Assembly (NCBI GenBank): GCA_041736175.1
Contig: JBGSUI010000069.1
Coordinates: 1-64,000, forward strand
Direction: 5' to 3'
Length of the DNA: 64,000 nt
From: Oligoflexales bacterium
GTDB lineage: Bacteria > Bdellovibrionota_B > Oligoflexia > Oligoflexales > CAIYRB01
The position numbers and the translations under genes were made by a program. The notes beneath the pieces were generated by a model. It did not search any database, was not told where the DNA came from, and worked only from the letters and a program-made list of their open reading frames with translations. This document shows positions 60,053 to 64,000 of the stretch, one piece after another; the first letter of the stretch is position 1; every line of letters starts with the position of its first letter.

Positions 60053-61452
60053 GGCTTGGCGCTCCCTTTCACTGGAACGGTGGATTTTTTGCTGTTATTG
60101 TCGTTCATGCTCTCTTTATTGTGCACTGCAATCAGATTGTTCTTGTCGAGAAGTTTTCGAAGATAGGCGACCATTTCGACCTGCGGGATCTTAGGTCTTT
60201 GGTTCAGGGCTCGGGCAAGCGCCCCAAGGTTGCCGTATTTGCCCCAATAGAGTGCCAGTTCTTCATTGAGGGATGCGTTGCGCAACACTTTTTCCGCTAG
60301 ACCAATGTGATATTCTGCTAGGTAGGCTGCATATTCTTCCGCAGATAGTTTGGCAACATCATCGGGGAGGTGTGCGAACTGCTCGATCACAGCCCCATAA
60401 GTGCTCATAGGCTTCAGCTCGACTAAAAACTGCGAAAGTCCAAAATCATACTCGGTATTAAAGCTACTGACATCAGTTGCTAGCTTTTCAGCATAAACAA
60501 GTCGATTTTTGCTTAGACTGTTATTGGAATCCCCAATGATATGGTCGGCTAGTGTGAACAGAGTGAAATTCTCCGCTGTCAGCGGCTCCAGTCGATAACC
60601 CAGGAGTAGGTTTTTGGACAAGGCGCTCAAGCGCCCTTCGGCCAAAATCATACCTTTATTCGCGAAGGGTTGAGGGACTGGCGGGGGTTCGCCGCGGCTC
60701 CAATCGCTGTAGTAGGTGGCAATCCAGGGTCGAATCTGGTTAATGTCAAAATCTCCAGCCACAAAAAGTCCGACGTTGTTAGGCTTATAGTACTTTTGAA
60801 AAAACTCGTTGCAATCTTTGGCCGTGATTTTGTCCAGGTCCTCCCGAGCCCCCATAATCGTCGAGCCGTAGGGATGCCCAGGAAACCCCTTTTGGTAAAG
60901 GGTAAACCAGAGATCCATCATGGGCTTGGAATCTATTCCCATCGAGTACTCGGAGCGGACCGCTTCTCTCTCAACTTTGAGGAGTTCGTCGGTAACCTGG
61001 AGTTTTTTGAAACGATCGCTCTCGATCTTTAGAGCATCTTTGAGTTTGCCGTTAGATACGGTCGTGGTGTAGACAGTTGCTCCATAACGGGTGTTGGCGT
61101 TTACGTCACCACCCAAAGGTCTTACCAACGTGTCGAAGTTGGGGGTATCTTTGGACAGGGGTCGAAACATCATATGTTCAAACAAATGAGCGATCCCCGT
61201 TATACCTGGCTTTTCTTGCAAGCTACCAACCTTGACCCAGTGGTAAATCGACGTGGTCGGGGCGTTGGGGTTTGGAGTCAGGACTACGGTGAGTCCGTTG
61301 GGGAGCTGGTACTGGTAGGTTTTCAGGTCGCCCTGTATCGCTAGGACCGTCTCTTGGGGGAGTGTTTCGTTTGGAGCCTTTTTGGACGCAGCCGCCCCTA
61401 GTGTAACTGACAGAAACACCAGGGCAAAAGTTGGGAAGATCACAAATCTCAT
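60049..61452 (-). CDS. M16 peptidase, catalytic subunit
   Basis: LPNGL, GIAHLFEHMMF, NANT and HPY motifs; signal peptide. Start uncertain. Confidence 0.9.
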   Translation of the reverse strand: MRFVIFPTFALVFLSVTLGAAASKKAPNETLPQETVLAIQGDLKTYQYQLPNGLTVVLTPNPNAPTTSIYHWVKVGSLQEKPGITGIAHLFEHMMFRPLSKDTPNFDTLVRPLGGDVNANTRYGATVYTTTVSNGKLKDALKIESDRFKKLQVTDELLKVEREAVRSEYSMGIDSKPMMDLWFTLYQKGFPGHPYGSTIMGAREDLDKITAKDCNEFFQKYYKPNNVGLFVAGDFDINQIRPWIATYYSDWSRGEPPPVPQPFANKGMILAEGRLSALSKNLLLGYRLEPLTAENFTLFTLADHIIGDSNNSLSKNRLVYAEKLATDVSSFNTEYDFGLSQFLVELKPMSTYGAVIEQFAHLPDDVAKLSAEEYAAYLAEYHIGLAEKVLRNASLNEELALYWGKYGNLGALARALNQRPKIPQVEMVAYLRKLLDKNNLIAVHNKESMNDNNSKKSTVPVKGSAKP

Positions 61453-61699
61453 TTTTAATTCCATTATATGGTTTGCCAACGACAAATTCAGACTAGCTGG
61501 GAGGCGGATGATAAGCAAGTCCATCTGAGGGGGGGAGCTTGTCTCCGGATTACGTTAATGGCCTGGGCTTTCGGATTTCGGTGTTTGGTGCGAAAACGGT
61601 GAGAAGGAGCTCCTGATTGCTCCAGGCACAATCTTTAGATTTCTCGATCGGCGGGTTGAAGGCAAGACCATTATAATCGAAAAGCAGCAGCTGCAGTGA

Positions 61700-62078
61700 T
61701 TTAGAATTTGCATTTTAGTCATAGGATCTTTACGGTCTTTTGGATCGAATCAGCTCTGCATCATCGCCCCAACTTTAAGACACGCCCAACCCGAAAGATT
61801 TGACGAGCTAGGCAACGGTCTCGGCCTTGAGCGTAAATTCTGGTCCGAGTACTTGCAAAAAAAAGGTCGGCTCCGAGCCGAAGCTCTATCTGCTTGCTGT
61901 TAGCCTAGATTACGCCGAAGCAATCAACCACGAGGCCCTCCACGCTCTTTTCTACTCTAATCCCAAAATGCAACAGCTGGTTTTAGAGTTTTGGTTGAAA
62001 GAGCTGACCCTCGCCGAGAACTCCAAGAGTTTCAGGCCTATGTACTTATGCAAAGGTCGACGATTTGTAGTTTGCTAA
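61700..62078 (+). pseudogene. Frameshifted remnant with an HEXXH motif
   Basis: LERKFWSEYLQ, shift at A8 (61857-61864), then LYLLAV..NHEALHALF; QEFQAY in another frame. 5' boundary approximate. Confidence 0.4.
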
Positions 62079-62093
62079 CTTCGAAAAATGGAT

Positions 62094-62645
62094 CTAATCG
62101 ATTCGGAAGGAATTGCTGTACGGGCGCCAAGCCTTGATGACCTCTATGGCCTCGTCTTGGTTGAGCTCGCCCTTGGCCACTGCTTGGTACACTAGGGCCT
62201 CCACCACGCTTTTGGCACGGGCTACTTTTTTGACGAGGGGCCAGAGATTGCGAGGGCTATTGTCGCCCCCGATACTGAGCGGGATATAATGGTCGATCTC
62301 ATAAAGATGCAGCTCATCAATAGACACTCCATAGGATGCGCCGACAGCTATTTTTTCTCTACGGGATACGTTGCGCCGGCAGTGGGCGATCTGGGATGGA
62401 TACCGATAACCATCGAAGTCTTTGTCGTCAGGAGTACAGAGTTCCCCAGGGGTAAGATCTGGTGGAGGAGGGAACCCTTGGAGGGCGTCACCTGCGTACT
62501 GTCTGGGTGACGGGCTGGTTTGACCTAACTCCATAGATGTTTGATTCGTCAGCCGGGGGATGGGGTGGGGAGTCGTTGCCGATGAACAGGTTAAAGAGAA
62601 GACAAGACCAAAAACTCCGCTCGTCAAGGCTATTCTTTTGATCAC
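62094..62645 (-). CDS. Secreted HNH-type nuclease
   Basis: Signal peptide; YEIDHYIPLSIGG.N..NLWP. Confidence 0.75.
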   Translation of the reverse strand: MIKRIALTSGVFGLVFSLTCSSATTPHPIPRLTNQTSMELGQTSPSPRQYAGDALQGFPPPPDLTPGELCTPDDKDFDGYRYPSQIAHCRRNVSRREKIAVGASYGVSIDELHLYEIDHYIPLSIGGDNSPRNLWPLVKKVARAKSVVEALVYQAVAKGELNQDEAIEVIKAWRPYSNSFRID

Positions 62646-62819
62646 AGGAAAACCCCTAGGCTTTATAAAATTGAAATTATTTATAAAGAATAGCCTACCG
62701 AGGGCTTGTTAAGCGACGAGAAAATCCGGGTTAATTTTTAATTGCGCTAGGTGCCAAAAGTGGTCAAAATTGAAAGTCGTCCGACAACCACTTCTCCACC
62801 TGATCCCTGATAGGTATTG

Positions 62820-63140
62820 TCATACCAGTGGCGCTGCAGTCTTTTTCTTGGTTGTCTTGGTAACGATTGCGTCAATTTCCAGCTTTTTTTTGACGACAAT
62901 CAGATCGTACTCGGCCTGCATCCTAACCCACATTTCGGGTGTAGTATTAAAGAATTCGGCGAGCTGCAGAGCAAATTCGGGTGTAATGGCACGTTTACCG
63001 TTCACGATCTCGTTGATCTTACGCGCTTGACATCCCAGATGTTTGGCTAAGGTCGACTGGTTCAGGACTCGGTCTTTCATATAAATTTCAGCGAGGACTT
63101 CGCCTGGGTGCAATATATGGTTTGGTGTCTTGATGGGCAT
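62820..63140 (-). CDS. higA: HigA antitoxin (HTH)
   Basis: HPGEVL, INEIVNGKRAITPE.A..L and W..MQ..YD motifs. Confidence 0.93.
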   Translation of the reverse strand: MPIKTPNHILHPGEVLAEIYMKDRVLNQSTLAKHLGCQARKINEIVNGKRAITPEFALQLAEFFNTTPEMWVRMQAEYDLIVVKKKLEIDAIVTKTTKKKTAAPLV

Positions 63141-63153
63141 AAGAATTCCTTTT

Positions 63154-63468
63154 TCAACTATGGTAATTTACTATCTCAACGTCATGAAAAACATTATTTT
63201 TCCAGAGAAAAACAATACGCCATCCGCTGATCTTGTTGATGTCGATGGCAGTCTGACCTTTTCGATCACCCTTCAAAGAGTGCACCCTGATATGAGGTGG
63301 ATGCGCTTTAGATTCCAAGTCATTGAGAGAATTAGTTGCATTCATTATCTGAAGCAAAGCTTTGGCCCTCTTACAGTGCTCTTTATCAGGCAGTTTATTT
63401 GAGGTACCATTATTCCAGATATCTTCTGCTATTTTGCCGCTACCGCCGGTTCGGAAGTTTTCAATCAG
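63154..63468 (-). CDS. higB: HigB toxin (RelE-like), probable CTG start
   Basis: H.LKGDRKGQ..I.IN..WRIVF.W..VEIVNYH. Confidence 0.85.
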   Translation of the reverse strand: MIENFRTGGSGKIAEDIWNNGTSNKLPDKEHCKRAKALLQIMNATNSLNDLESKAHPPHIRVHSLKGDRKGQTAIDINKISGWRIVFLWKNNVFHDVEIVNYHS

Positions 63469-63487
63469 GATACTACCCTCCCAAATT

Positions 63488-63516
63488 GTTATACCACTAT
63501 TCGGTATAATGGTCAA
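63488..63516 (-). promoter_or_regulatory. sigma70 promoter with overlapping operator for higBA
   Basis: TTGACC-N17-TATAAC; dyad TTATACC-N7-GGTATAA at 63489-63509. Confidence 0.7.
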
Positions 63517-63565
63517 AAAACTTTAATATCAAAATTAACCAATTGTTTTCTTTGAATAAATAAAT

Positions 63566-63973
63566 TTACTGGGGGCAAAGCTCGACTTTTGAGTTTTTTG
63601 GGAGGAGTAACAGCAACACCGCGGCGGCTGGGTTAACAGATAAAACACCCCCGGTCACCAGATAATCAAAAAGTTTTTTAAGCGCTGAGAGCCTTAACAT
63701 GATGGTTGAAGGTGAGTAGCCATCGAGTGTTTCCACATAAACGCTCACTGCGAGACTTGAAATACTTTGCAGCTTAAACCCCATGGTGTCACACCAATCA
63801 AGAAATTCATGGACGGCGTGGAGGTACATGGTTCTGGTGCCGGCGTTTCTGATGGATGCGGCGAAGAATTCTAGAAAGCGGTAGCTTGCTTGGTCACCAG
63901 CCTCTTCGATCACGGGGTGGACGCGTCTGATGACTTGAACACTTCCTGAGCGGGTGAGGGCGAACTCTTCCAT
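63566..63973 (-). pseudogene. Truncated tyrosine recombinase (N-terminal core-binding domain only)
   Basis: RFLEFFAASIRNAGTR..Y, T..RLSALK.LFDYL..NPAA, then an abrupt stop; no catalytic domain. Confidence 0.8.
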
Positions 63974-64000
63974 AAGGGTCTCCCTTAAAAATATTTCTGA

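Noticed and set aside
1..64000. tRNA, rRNA, prophage or IS transposase
   Set aside because: None recognised by eye; tRNAscan-SE, Infernal and ISEScan runs would be needed to exclude them.

Overview
Bacterial chromosomal window. The gene content suggests a Bdellovibrionota/Oligoflexia-like deltaproteobacterium (inference): many secreted lipoproteins and proteases, a DUF222-like HNH gene and sigma54-type promoters. Core genes are an acyl-CoA carboxylase operon with udg and pgpA, thrS, metG, a CCA-adding enzyme, ettA, two two-subunit molybdo-hydroxylases, 8-oxoguanine deaminase and an M16 peptidase pair. AT-richer accessory cassettes are interspersed. Most notable: (1) an HNH gene bracketed by, and containing, a CCCGGG-centred 14-bp palindrome, with a diverged inverted 110-bp copy of its own coding sequence upstream bounded by the same motif; (2) accessory cassettes repeatedly bounded by short copies of neighbouring sequence (pgpA, trypsin, a 3' UTR, a YgiT gene start); (3) sigma54 -24/-12 boxes in front of at least eight secreted/lipoprotein genes; (4) a CD-clan-like peptidase with a 7x pentapeptide insert, an orphan res-like site and two probable non-canonical start codons. 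No rRNA, tRNA or CRISPR array was seen. All calls are by eye, without database searches.
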